DNA from: Pseudobdellovibrionaceae bacterium
GTDB lineage: Bacteria; Bdellovibrionota; Bdellovibrionia; Bdellovibrionales; UBA1609
Assembly: GCA_030591685.1 (NCBI GenBank)
Contig: JAUVAX010000004.1
Span: forward strand, 40,230 to 104,229
Reading direction: 5' to 3'
Length of the DNA: 64,000 nucleotides
Numbering within the stretch: position 1 is the stretch's first letter; each line of letters begins with the position of its first letter. The notes beneath the pieces are model-generated. The model did no database searches and was not told the origin of the DNA. It saw nothing but the letters and a program-made list of their open reading frames with translations. Both the position numbers and the translations under genes were made by a program. Positions 36,809-46,368 of this stretch are shown piece by piece.

Positions 36809-39598
36809 GTGGGAAACAAAAAAACTGGATTTGATAACATCGATACCATTATCAGCCGTGCTCGTTATTTAATTGCACAAATGATTTACTCTGCCAATCA
36901 CAGAACTAATGTTGAAAAAGGCGACCCTAAGGTGGGCGGCCATGCGGCGGCCTCAACAAGCGCTTTACATATACTCAGCGCTCTTCATTTATTTGTAAAA
37001 ACGGGCTTTGACCACATTGCCAATAAGCCACATGCCTCCCCTGCAGACCACTCCCTAAATTATTTATTAGACTTATTTTTAAAAGACGACCTCTCTAAAC
37101 TTACTTTAGAAGAGTGCAATACAGCCATGAATGGCTTAAGAGCGTACCCTGAAAACGGTGAGTATGTATTTCAATCCTACCACTCCGCTTATGACCCTGA
37201 CTTTCATAATTTTTTTCCATCAGGGACGGTGGGCATACCCCCTGTTAATGCTGGCTATTTAGCACTCGCTTACAGGTATGCTAAAAATCATGGTTACAAT
37301 GCACCGGAGGCCCATTTTTGGTCTATCATCGGTGATTCTGAGTTTCGTGAAGGGTCACTTTTTGAGGCCATACCTGATTTTGCAGAAAGAGAGCTCGGCA
37401 ACCTCACTTGGATCCTTGATTACAACCGACAAAGTTTAGACGGGCACCGTATTTCAAATAGAGAAATCATGAACGGTACCGATGGCGACAGAATACACCG
37501 CACCATGGTTGCTAATGGATGGGACGTCATAGAGGTTCAGCATGGCAAGTTCCGAAAAGAACTCTTTAAACGTAATTCGGGGAAGGATTTTAAAAAGTTT
37601 TTTGAACTAGACCTTGAAGACTTCGAGCTACAAGCGCTTTTGGCCATTCAAGACCCCAAGACTTTAAAGCAAGATCTTGTAAAAAAATATCCGCAATTAA
37701 AAATATTTATTTCTAATGTTAATGATCAAGAGCTTTTTAAGGGCTTTCGGGACTTTGGAGGTCACTGTGTTCAAACCCTTATTGAAGCACTCTTAGAATC
37801 CAAGAAAAATGCAAGAAAGCCGTGCATGGTAATTATCCATACCATTAAGGGATTTGGCCTTGATATGGCGGCTTCTGGAAGTAACCATTCCGCCATCCCG
37901 ATAAAGGCTGAAATCGATGCTCTAAGAACATCTGAGGGTATTTCTGAAAACGATTTATTTGCTCGATTTGATGACACCTCTATTGAGGGTCAGTTTTTAA
38001 AAAAACGAGGTGGTGAGCTTTATACACAAATTAAAGAGCAACGTAAAATCAAAGAACAAAATATAATAGACTTTAAAGAAAAGCTTTCAAATTTTGGTGA
38101 GCTCAATGACTCATTAGATATAAATTTAAAAATGGCCAACTTTCCTCATACACAATGGATGTTAGGGCAATTAACATCAAAACTCTCACGTCTGGCAAAT
38201 ACCCCTCTTGATGAGACTCAGTTGAAAAAACAACAACGACCGCTTTCAGAGTCTGAAAAACCCTGGAAACTGCCCGCTGAGTTATTTGTCAACATGTCCC
38301 CTGACGTTGGCACAAGCACAAACCTCAACCCCTCGATGGACGGCAAAGTATTTAGCGCCTCACATGTTGATGATTTTGAAAAAGAGTTTGGCGTAAAAAA
38401 TGAAAAAATCCCAGACCTCATCCCCGGAGTTGAGGAGTCTGATCGTTTCATTCGATTTGAAATTTCAGAGGCAAATGCCATGAGCTGTGTTGGCTCATTT
38501 GGAGTACTCCGTGACACGTTAGGCATCCCCCTTATACCGCTCATGACCGTTTATGATTTTTTTGTGAAACGAGCTTTAGACCAATATTTTTATGACCTTT
38601 ACTGGAAGTCGAGTTTTATATTGGTCGGCACGCCCTCGGGAGTCACTCTTTCACCAGAAGGGGCTCAACATGGATGGAAATCAGACATTCAAATACCCAA
38701 CCAAATTACGTGGGAACCCTTTTACTGTTTAGAGTTAGATTGGATTTTATCTGATGCCATTAAACGGCACCTCTCATTTAATAATGAGGGCCGTACGGGC
38801 GTTCTCATAAGAGGGGTCACAAAGGGCCTTGATCAAAAAACTTTACTTAAACGACTCAAAACCCACGCTCGATTTAAACAGGGCGAAAGTGTTGAGCTCA
38901 GCCATAGTGATTTTTCTATCAACGGAGGCACAAATGAATCTGAAGTTCCAAGCCTACCTGATCACGAAATTTTAGAACACTTAAAGGCCGATGTTTTATC
39001 GGGCGGATATTATTTAATTGATTACCGCGGGTACGCCGGCTATGTACCCGGCGACAATGTTGTAAATATTATTGCCATGGGATCCCTTTCGGAAGAGGCC
39101 TCAAAAGCCTCTAACGAGTTACTTGAGCGTGGTATTTACGCTAATGTTATCGTTGTCACCAGCCCAGACTTGCTCTGTGGCAACCTAGGCGCTGAAAATG
39201 ACTACCATCACTTAATTCAAAATTTAAAGATTGATGCCTCATTGTATATTTCGCCCTCTCAACTAGATCAGGCCCACGAACTAGTAACGGTCGCCGGAAG
39301 ACGCATACCTATAGTGAGTACACACGACGGTGAGCCCGGTTTACTTGATAACATTGGATCTATAGTGGGTGTTAAACAGGAGGCCTTAGCTGTCAGAAAG
39401 CACTCTAGATGTGGTCGTCCAGCAGATATATATAAGTTTCATCATATTGACGAATCCTCAATTGTTGAGGCCTGCGGAAAGGTACTCTCTGAAACGGCAC
39501 TTGAAAACATCCACGTAAATAAGCAAACATTAACTTCAGCTGAAAATCACCCCCCTCTGGGTGGTCATTGGCGAGAGTTTTGGCCTGAAAAAAAATAA
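36809..39598 (+). CDS. aceE: homodimeric (AceE-type) 2-oxoacid dehydrogenase E1 / transketolase-like ThDP enzyme, divergent
   Basis: GTG start with GGAG 9 nt upstream. KVGGHAAASTSALHIL, IGDSEFREGSLFEAI....LGNLTWILDYNRQSLDG (ThDP/Mg motif), VIIHTIKGFGL and GTPSGVTLSPEGAQHGW align with E. coli AceE motifs as I recall them. 929 aa. Confidence 0.75.
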   Translation: MGNKKTGFDNIDTIISRARYLIAQMIYSANHRTNVEKGDPKVGGHAAASTSALHILSALHLFVKTGFDHIANKPHASPADHSLNYLLDLFLKDDLSKLTLEECNTAMNGLRAYPENGEYVFQSYHSAYDPDFHNFFPSGTVGIPPVNAGYLALAYRYAKNHGYNAPEAHFWSIIGDSEFREGSLFEAIPDFAERELGNLTWILDYNRQSLDGHRISNREIMNGTDGDRIHRTMVANGWDVIEVQHGKFRKELFKRNSGKDFKKFFELDLEDFELQALLAIQDPKTLKQDLVKKYPQLKIFISNVNDQELFKGFRDFGGHCVQTLIEALLESKKNARKPCMVIIHTIKGFGLDMAASGSNHSAIPIKAEIDALRTSEGISENDLFARFDDTSIEGQFLKKRGGELYTQIKEQRKIKEQNIIDFKEKLSNFGELNDSLDINLKMANFPHTQWMLGQLTSKLSRLANTPLDETQLKKQQRPLSESEKPWKLPAELFVNMSPDVGTSTNLNPSMDGKVFSASHVDDFEKEFGVKNEKIPDLIPGVEESDRFIRFEISEANAMSCVGSFGVLRDTLGIPLIPLMTVYDFFVKRALDQYFYDLYWKSSFILVGTPSGVTLSPEGAQHGWKSDIQIPNQITWEPFYCLELDWILSDAIKRHLSFNNEGRTGVLIRGVTKGLDQKTLLKRLKTHARFKQGESVELSHSDFSINGGTNESEVPSLPDHEILEHLKADVLSGGYYLIDYRGYAGYVPGDNVVNIIAMGSLSEEASKASNELLERGIYANVIVVTSPDLLCGNLGAENDYHHLIQNLKIDASLYISPSQLDQAHELVTVAGRRIPIVSTHDGEPGLLDNIGSIVGVKQEALAVRKHSRCGRPADIYKFHHIDESSIVEACGKVLSETALENIHVNKQTLTSAENHPPLGGHWREFWPEKK

Positions 39599-39619
39599 TT
39601 AGTTTTTAGGAGCCCTTAT

Positions 39620-40225
39620 ATGCGTATTTTTTCGTTTGTAATAATAATCATGTTTTCCTTGAATGCTCCCTCTAAGGGTCATCTTAAAAAAGTACTCATT
39701 CTTGGGGACTCTTTAACTGAGGGCTATGGCGTCGCTTTAAAAAAGGCATACCCTAGCCTTCTTGAAAAAATACTGACACAAAAAGGTCATAGCGTTAAAA
39801 TCATAAATGCGGGAAGTAGCGGCTCAACAACCGCAAGCGCTTATAGCCGAATGCTCTGGCACCTAAAAGGAAAACCCGATATATTACTTTTAGCTTTGGG
39901 CGCCAACGATGGACTCAGAGGTGTTAACTTAAAGTCCACTCAAGCAAATCTAGAGAAAACTATTTTACTGGCTCAAAAAAATGGACTTAAAGTCATTTTA
40001 GCTGGAATGAAAATCCCCATTAACTACGGCCCACAGTATAGAGGTAATTTTGAGGCTCTCTTTAAAAATTTAGCAAAGAAGCATAATATTACTCTCATCC
40101 CCTTTTTACTCAAAGGAGTGGGTGGGCACCGAAAGCTCAATTTACCCGACGGGATTCACCCAAATATAAAGGGACATAAAAAAATAGCCGAAACAGTTCT
40201 CCCCTACATTGAGGGAGAGCTATGA
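39620..40225 (+). CDS. tesA: SGNH/GDSL arylesterase-thioesterase (TesA-like), secreted
   Basis: Block I VLILGDSLTEGYG, block III LALGANDGLRG, block V DGIHPN. Signal peptide present. Confidence 0.85.
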   Translation: MRIFSFVIIIMFSLNAPSKGHLKKVLILGDSLTEGYGVALKKAYPSLLEKILTQKGHSVKIINAGSSGSTTASAYSRMLWHLKGKPDILLLALGANDGLRGVNLKSTQANLEKTILLAQKNGLKVILAGMKIPINYGPQYRGNFEALFKNLAKKHNITLIPFLLKGVGGHRKLNLPDGIHPNIKGHKKIAETVLPYIEGEL

Positions 40226-40881
40226 TACTCAAAACAATTGACCTCTCAAAAAACTACTCTCAAGCCAGTACTGATATTCATGCCCTTAGCAACGTCAATA
40301 TTGAGATTAATAAAGGCGATACCATTGCCATTGTTGGGCCTTCCGGAAGCGGTAAAACCACACTCCTTTCGCTGCTTTCAGGTCTTGAGCGCCCATCAAC
40401 GGGGCAAATAATAATTAACGACACGGACATTACAAAACTCAGCGAAAAGCAGCTCTCTCAATTTAGGGCTGAAAATATAGGGATTGTTTTTCAACAATAT
40501 CACTTAATGCCCCATCTTACAGCCCTTGAGAACGTCAGCCTGCCCTTAGAAATTCTAAGGACCAAGGAGCCTCGAAAACGTGCCCTAGCTGCTCTTGAAA
40601 AAATGGGACTTGCCAACCGCCTTAACCATACCCCCAGTCAACTGAGTGGTGGTGAGTGCCAGCGCGTGGCCATAGCAAGAGCACTTGTTGTTAACCCAAA
40701 TATTTTAATGGCAGATGAACCCAGTGGTAATCTTGATACTGAGACTGGTAAAGTTATTCTTGATCAATTATTTAACCTTATTAAGAGCCAATCTCTCACT
40801 CTGATTTTAGTCACACATGATTTGGAATTAGCGAAAAGATGTAACAAGGTCATTAAGCTTAAAAGTGGCCTCATCGAATGA
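40222..40881 (+). CDS. ybbA: ABC transporter ATP-binding protein (YbbA/LolD-like)
   Basis: Walker A GPSGSGKTT, signature LSGGECQR, Walker B ILMADEPSGNLD. ATGA overlap with the tesA-like gene. Confidence 0.9.
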   Translation: MILKTIDLSKNYSQASTDIHALSNVNIEINKGDTIAIVGPSGSGKTTLLSLLSGLERPSTGQIIINDTDITKLSEKQLSQFRAENIGIVFQQYHLMPHLTALENVSLPLEILRTKEPRKRALAALEKMGLANRLNHTPSQLSGGECQRVAIARALVVNPNILMADEPSGNLDTETGKVILDQLFNLIKSQSLTLILVTHDLELAKRCNKVIKLKSGLIE

Positions 40882-43430
40882 TTTTAAAACTAGCACTCTC
40901 TGAATTAAAAAAAAATAAAAAATTTACACTTTTTTTTATCTTTAATTTAACAATAGGGCTTTCTGGTTTACTGGCCTTAAATACCTTTAAGGACTCCCTT
41001 GATCAGTCCATAAAAAGCCGTTCTAAATCTGTTCTCGGTGCTGATTTTGGCGTCTCAGCAAGAAGGCCTCTTAGTAAGGTTGAGTCTAATACAATTATAG
41101 ACTCATTGCCAATTGGAACTCTGTCGTCAAACTTTGTTGAGACCTACTCTATGGCGGCTTCATTATCTGGAGTCTCTAGGCTTGTTCAAGTTAAAGCCAT
41201 ACAACCTAATTATCCATTTTATGGAGAAATCGGATTAAAAAATTTTGGAGCCATTCGTAATGGCGTAAAAAAACACCTAAAAAAAAATAATGTTTGGGTC
41301 TACCCCGAAGTCCTTCTGCAACTCAACCTTAGGGTGGGAGACACTTTAAAGCTCGGCGACTCTACTTTTACAATAAGTGATGTTGTAACTAACGATGCTG
41401 CTGCTGGGTTTTCTACAACAATGGCCCCCCGAATTTATATTGATCTAAATAACTTAAGAGGCACAAAACTCTTAAGAGCAGAAAGTCTGGCCTGGTACTC
41501 TATAGTTTATAAAACAAATAATTTATCAATCAATAGTCTCAACAAATATCGCGATGATATATTTGATTCACTCGCCGACCCGGCCATTCAAATATACACT
41601 CATGAAAATGCCAGTGCTCAAATGGGCCGCTTATTTGGGTTTTTAAATGACTTCTTAGGCCTTGCTGCACTTGCGGCCCTGTTCTTGTCAGCTATTGGAA
41701 ACGGGTTTTTATTTAGGTCCTTTCTCGCTCAAAGGGTCAAACAAATGGCCATTCTTTTAACCTTGGGGATGTCACCGGCCAAAACCTACCTTATAACGCT
41801 CTCCCAGGTTACTTTACTGGGTGCTATAAGTTCATTCACCGCACTGGCGCTCTCCCTAATCTTAGCCCCTATTATAAAAGCCAGCGTTGGTATTTTATTG
41901 CCCGTAGACACCCATGTCAGTCTTTCAGCATCAACAGTACTTATTAGCTTTATCATTGCCACCCTGGGGAGCGCCTCAACCTGCCTCCCATTATTAGTTC
42001 AAATTAAAGGCCTTAAGCCCTCCCTTCTTTTGAATCAAAAAATAGGAGCCCCTTTAAAATTAAACATTACAAGTTTTTTGAGCTTTCTTCCTGGACTATT
42101 TTTATTTTGGCTCACCTCAGTTTGGCTCTCAAACTCTTATAAAGTGGGAACCTTGTTTATGGCTTTATTAATTGCCTGTAGCATTATTTTGTTTTTTTTC
42201 TCCTGGGTTTTATTTTTATTTTTAAACTCAAGTATTCAAACAAACAACCTCTCCTTAAAGTGGTCTGTCCGAAACCTTGCTCGAAACAAATCGGCCTCAA
42301 CATCAGCATTTTTGGCCTTAGGGTTGGGGGTACTGTTATTGAACCTCATCCCTCAAATTAAAGCCTCTATAGATACTGAGCTTCAAAGCCCAGCCCAATC
42401 CAGACTACCAAGCCTTTTTTTATTCGACATTCAAGAGGAGCAATTGCCCCTGTTAAGTCAAATACTCAAAAATCATGGCGTTGCTCCTGAGAGTGTTTCA
42501 CCCATGATTCGTGGGCGCCTCATGAAGGTTAATGAAAAGGCCTTTAAGAAAAAAAACAGCTCCCGCAAGAACTCTTTACGAGAGGCTGAGAGTGAAGATC
42601 GATTTCGCAACCGTGGGTTTAACTTATCATACAGAGCTGGGGTTTCTGATTCTGAGGCTGTTTATAAAGGTCGACCTTTTTCAGGCACTTATGATGACTC
42701 CAAGGCCAAGGGTATACTGCCTGAAATCTCCCTAGAAACTCGGTTTGCGAAGCGACTTGGTTTAAAAATTGGAGACATACTCACTTTTAATATTCAAAGC
42801 ATTGAAATTAAAGGGGTGGTTGTTAATTTAAGAAATGTAAAGTGGACCTCTTTTCAGCCCAACTTCTTTATCCTGTTTCAACCAGGGGTTTTAAATTTAG
42901 CGCCAAAAACCTACCTCGCAACTCTTCCCTCAATAGAGGCCGATAAAAAATCAATTCTGCAAACTCAAATCGTCAAAAAGCTCTCTAACGTATCACAAAT
43001 AAATATTGCTCGACTTGTAAGCCGTATTAAAAAACTTATCGATCAAATGAGTATCGCATTAAGCTTTATGTCAATCTTATCATTACTTGTTGGGTTTATA
43101 GTTCTGTACTCTATTATCAACCATCAAGCTCGAAACAATGAATTTGAGATCGGACTTCTCAAGGCCCTGGGCGCTGACTTCAAGAGTATTCAAAACTCAT
43201 ATGTTTTTCAATACTCTATACTTGCTTTTTTCTCTGGGCTTATCGGGATAGGGCTTAGCCTGTTTTTGAGCTTTATACTTTCTCAGTTTTTATTTAAAAA
43301 TCTTTGGGCCTACGATTTAATAACGCCTATATTTTCATTATTAATAACTTTAATACTTTGTGTGTTTGTTACCCGCATAGCCACATACAAATCACTGCAG
43401 GTCAGCCCGAGGTCCTTACTCAAAAATTAA
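40878..43430 (+). CDS. ybbP: FtsX-family ABC permease with duplicated 4-TM modules (YbbP-like)
   Basis: 850 aa with two FtsX-type TM bundles, each preceded by a large extracytoplasmic domain. ATGA overlap with the ATPase gene. The tesA/ybbA/ybbP grouping is known from E. coli. Confidence 0.85.
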   Translation: MILKLALSELKKNKKFTLFFIFNLTIGLSGLLALNTFKDSLDQSIKSRSKSVLGADFGVSARRPLSKVESNTIIDSLPIGTLSSNFVETYSMAASLSGVSRLVQVKAIQPNYPFYGEIGLKNFGAIRNGVKKHLKKNNVWVYPEVLLQLNLRVGDTLKLGDSTFTISDVVTNDAAAGFSTTMAPRIYIDLNNLRGTKLLRAESLAWYSIVYKTNNLSINSLNKYRDDIFDSLADPAIQIYTHENASAQMGRLFGFLNDFLGLAALAALFLSAIGNGFLFRSFLAQRVKQMAILLTLGMSPAKTYLITLSQVTLLGAISSFTALALSLILAPIIKASVGILLPVDTHVSLSASTVLISFIIATLGSASTCLPLLVQIKGLKPSLLLNQKIGAPLKLNITSFLSFLPGLFLFWLTSVWLSNSYKVGTLFMALLIACSIILFFFSWVLFLFLNSSIQTNNLSLKWSVRNLARNKSASTSAFLALGLGVLLLNLIPQIKASIDTELQSPAQSRLPSLFLFDIQEEQLPLLSQILKNHGVAPESVSPMIRGRLMKVNEKAFKKKNSSRKNSLREAESEDRFRNRGFNLSYRAGVSDSEAVYKGRPFSGTYDDSKAKGILPEISLETRFAKRLGLKIGDILTFNIQSIEIKGVVVNLRNVKWTSFQPNFFILFQPGVLNLAPKTYLATLPSIEADKKSILQTQIVKKLSNVSQINIARLVSRIKKLIDQMSIALSFMSILSLLVGFIVLYSIINHQARNNEFEIGLLKALGADFKSIQNSYVFQYSILAFFSGLIGIGLSLFLSFILSQFLFKNLWAYDLITPIFSLLITLILCVFVTRIATYKSLQVSPRSLLKN

Positions 43431-43466
43431 ACTGTTGTGATTATGTCTTCTGCGTGGAGCTAGGGG

Positions 43467-43841
43467 TTACTTTTGGCCTCGGAGGTAGTCTGACCTAACC
43501 TCCGTAATTATACTTATAAGCTGGTTAATGGCTTCAGTTGAAACGTTGAGCTCTTCGAATGTTTCTATAAGCAAAGAGGACAGAACATTTACCTCTTCTT
43601 CATTGTGACTGTCTGTAACAAATCGCTTGTAGCTTTCTTTAATGGCATCATGGTCCTCTTTACAAGGGCCTCCAAGAGCATAAGTTATAAAATCAGTTTG
43701 AACACTTTTATGAATAGATGGATCTATATTATAAAAAATATGTGCTATTTGTTTATTTCTCATGACTTTGTCATGAAAGAGATCAACGGCAATTTTAACT
43801 GCCAAAGCTCCACCCATTTTGTCATAGACTTCTGAACTCAT
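43467..43841 (-). CDS. truncated-hemoglobin-fold (2-on-2 globin, group I-like) protein, Tyr at the proximal-His position
   Basis: VYDKMGGALAVKIAVDLFHDKVM....FITYALGGPCKEDHDAIKESYKRF aligns colinearly with cyanobacterial/mycobacterial GlbN (LYEKLGG..AV...VDKFYERVL...FLTYAFGGTDKYDGRYMREAHKEL). The residue 12 positions after the GGx motif is Tyr, not His. Confidence 0.7.
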   Translation of the reverse strand: MSSEVYDKMGGALAVKIAVDLFHDKVMRNKQIAHIFYNIDPSIHKSVQTDFITYALGGPCKEDHDAIKESYKRFVTDSHNEEEVNVLSSLLIETFEELNVSTEAINQLISIITEVRSDYLRGQK

Positions 43842-43958
43842 ACTTTACCCTTTGCCTGCCCGCTATACCAATGTATAGTCATTAGGTTATAAGCACTATC
43901 GACGTTCCTTAAGATTTACTAAAGGGTTATTTTAAAGCGAATCAATTCGGTACAAACT

Positions 43959-44369
43959 TTAAATTAATTTAGCCACCGGCTCATTATTTAACAACTCGTC
44001 ACTACTTATGCCTATTTTAACTTCCAGAGTTGCCATCCACATTGACTCAATATGATGTATAATTTCATCACTAATCCCAAGGCCCTCAAGAGTCCTTGAT
44101 AGCTCCTGAAATATAATTAGCAAATGTCTGTTCTGTAGCCCCAGTTTACTGAGTTTCTCAAATCGTTCATTGAGTACCTTAGTTGATTGATTCATCGGGC
44201 CACCAAGGAGGTAAACAAGCAAATTATTCTGAAAATTTGCTGCCTCCTCAACCCCTTCTTTTAAGTAAAAGCCCTTAAGGTCTTTATTAGTTACCAGCCT
44301 TTTTGCATAGGCTTCGGCAATAATTTTAACGGCAACAGCTCCCCCTATTTGAAAATACTCTCTTGCCAT
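43959..44369 (-). CDS. truncated-hemoglobin-fold protein paralogue, Phe at the proximal-His position
   Basis: YFQIGGAVAVKIIAEAYAKRLV....LLVYLLGGPMNQSTKVLNERFEKL has the same colinear pattern. The B10-like Tyr is retained (EAYAKR), and the residue at GGP+12 is Phe. Confidence 0.65.
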   Translation of the reverse strand: MAREYFQIGGAVAVKIIAEAYAKRLVTNKDLKGFYLKEGVEEAANFQNNLLVYLLGGPMNQSTKVLNERFEKLSKLGLQNRHLLIIFQELSRTLEGLGISDEIIHHIESMWMATLEVKIGISSDELLNNEPVAKLI

Positions 44370-44410
44370 GTGGATTCTCCCTTAATGGAGGTGGGGTTGC
44401 CATTTTATTC

Positions 44411-44635
44411 TTAGTGGTTTAAATCTCTTTTTTCACTTATTTCAGCGCTTAACTCATCTATAACTAATTTAACTCTATTGATCTCATCGGGGCTAAAACC
44501 CATTTCATCACAGTGCAGGACAACGCACTCAAGTAGCATTTGCGCTTTAACAAGTTTTGAATTATGCATTGTGATTAAATTGTCTCCCTCAATAAACTGA
44601 TAGCAATTACTTTTAGTTTTTTTTAGTGTTTTCAA
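44411..44635 (-). CDS. small hypothetical protein (74 aa), first gene of the putative globin-like operon
   Basis: The ORF ends 41 nt upstream of the globin-like start on the same strand and follows a 338-nt AT-rich promoter-type region. No motif recognised. Confidence 0.35.
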   Translation of the reverse strand: MKTLKKTKSNCYQFIEGDNLITMHNSKLVKAQMLLECVVLHCDEMGFSPDEINRVKLVIDELSAEISEKRDLNH

Positions 44636-44973
44636 TCTGACACCCTCTTTTTTTTAAAAAACGTCCCACTTCATGATTTCGACTCAGGTGATATGATATA
44701 AATTTATCGGCAGTACTAAAATTTAGCTAAACATTTAATTTATATAATTAAACAAAAAAGCATATTTTTGCTCTAAAATGACACACTATAAGTAACTCCT
44801 CTCAAAAAATATACTTACATGTATCATCTCTAGATGATCCCCTACAGATGGGCCTCACCTCTACTGTTTTTTAAAAATTATCGCTTAAAAAAATAGGTCC
44901 TCTTTAGTCATGAATCTGCATAAAAATATGCTTAGATCACGTGAGGGTATAGAGTTAGTTAATAGCCTTGGGG

Positions 44974-46302
44974 CTAATTAGTACTATATAAATTTTGTAC
45001 GTTTAATATATTCGAGAGTTCATCAAGGGCTTTTCTTGATTCCAACAAAAGACTCGGGTCCCTTAAATCATTTAGTGTCAGCTCATCTCGGTAGTGCTTA
45101 CTCACCCAGGCTGTTAATTCATCATACTTAGAACTACTCAACAAACACCCCTGATTGACTTTTAAAAGTTGATCCTTAGTGAGCTGAACCCTAAGTCTTA
45201 AGCAGGCCGGCCCCCCACCGTTTTTCATGCTCTGTAAAAGGTCAAAGTAAAGTACTTTACTCACAGGGTTTGTAGGGTCCTTAATCATACTGTCTATAAA
45301 ATCTCTTGTAGAGTCACATAACTTGCAATTTTCAGGCGCCACTAAAGCCATCTCACTGTCGTTTATAGATACGAGTTGAGAGTTAAATAAATAAGTTTTA
45401 ACGGCCTGCTCTACACTAACCTGCTCTGAGGTGACCTTAATAGGTATTAAATTGTGACCCAATTTTTTATTAATGGTTTCAATCACAGCCTCTGTATTAA
45501 CAAATGACTTTTCATGGTACAAAAATACATTTTTACACCCAACACTGATGACATCATTATGAAAAACTCCTGCGTCTATAACCTCTGGGTTTTGCTGCAC
45601 AAAATAACACAAGTCAGGTCGAAGGTTATTAACCCTTGCTATGGCCTGACTGGCCTCTAGAGTTTGCCTTGCTGGGTATTTTATAGGCCGAATAGCCTCT
45701 TCATCTAGGGCCTTTCTGCCATAGACAAAAAAGTGTAACCCTTCGCCAGTTTTTGGGTTTTCAAAGCGTGTGTGGTTTGCAGCCCCCTCGTCAGAAAAAG
45801 CCTCACCCAGCTCTAAAGCCGGATGCACCGTGAAAACTTCACGGTCTGGGAAAACACAGTTTAAAGATTTATAAGTAAATAAATGCTCTATGGACCTGTG
45901 AGGTTTAGCTCTTAAATTAGCGGAGGTTAAATGAACCTTTCCGTCTAAGGTGTCTTGGCTTGGGGCTACTGTTGCTGCGTTAGCTGTCCACATAAATGAT
46001 GATGAGAAGCAAATAGATAAGAGTGTTGGGTCTTCTTTAAATGCCTTTTCTATGACTTGCGAATCGGAGCCTGTAAAACCAAGGTTTCTTAATGCTGAAA
46101 GTTCAGGTCGAGCATGTATAGGCAATATACCCTGTGGTATACCTAGGTCAGAGAGGGCCTTAGCCTTTTTCAACCCCTGTAGTGCCCCCTGCTTTGGTGA
46201 CGATACTGTTGACTTAGATGTTGAAGAGGCCCTGTTCCCGTACGACAAACCTCCATAAAAATGGGTTAACCCAACAAGACCATCAAAGCTTACTTCTACC
46301 AC
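44974..46302 (-). CDS. astB: N-succinylarginine dihydrolase
   Basis: N-terminus EVSFDGLVGLTHFYGGLSYGNRAS matches AstB ([21 protein letters not shown].AS). C-terminal GGGPACLRLRV contains the catalytic Cys of this guanidino-modifying family. Confidence 0.9.
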   Translation of the reverse strand: MVEVSFDGLVGLTHFYGGLSYGNRASSTSKSTVSSPKQGALQGLKKAKALSDLGIPQGILPIHARPELSALRNLGFTGSDSQVIEKAFKEDPTLLSICFSSSFMWTANAATVAPSQDTLDGKVHLTSANLRAKPHRSIEHLFTYKSLNCVFPDREVFTVHPALELGEAFSDEGAANHTRFENPKTGEGLHFFVYGRKALDEEAIRPIKYPARQTLEASQAIARVNNLRPDLCYFVQQNPEVIDAGVFHNDVISVGCKNVFLYHEKSFVNTEAVIETINKKLGHNLIPIKVTSEQVSVEQAVKTYLFNSQLVSINDSEMALVAPENCKLCDSTRDFIDSMIKDPTNPVSKVLYFDLLQSMKNGGGPACLRLRVQLTKDQLLKVNQGCLLSSSKYDELTAWVSKHYRDELTLNDLRDPSLLLESRKALDELSNILNVQNLYSTN

Positions 46303-46368
46303 TGACTACCCCTTATAAAAAAAGTACTTTCATTAAAGTAACCATAACTCTCACACTTTTGTACTGAA

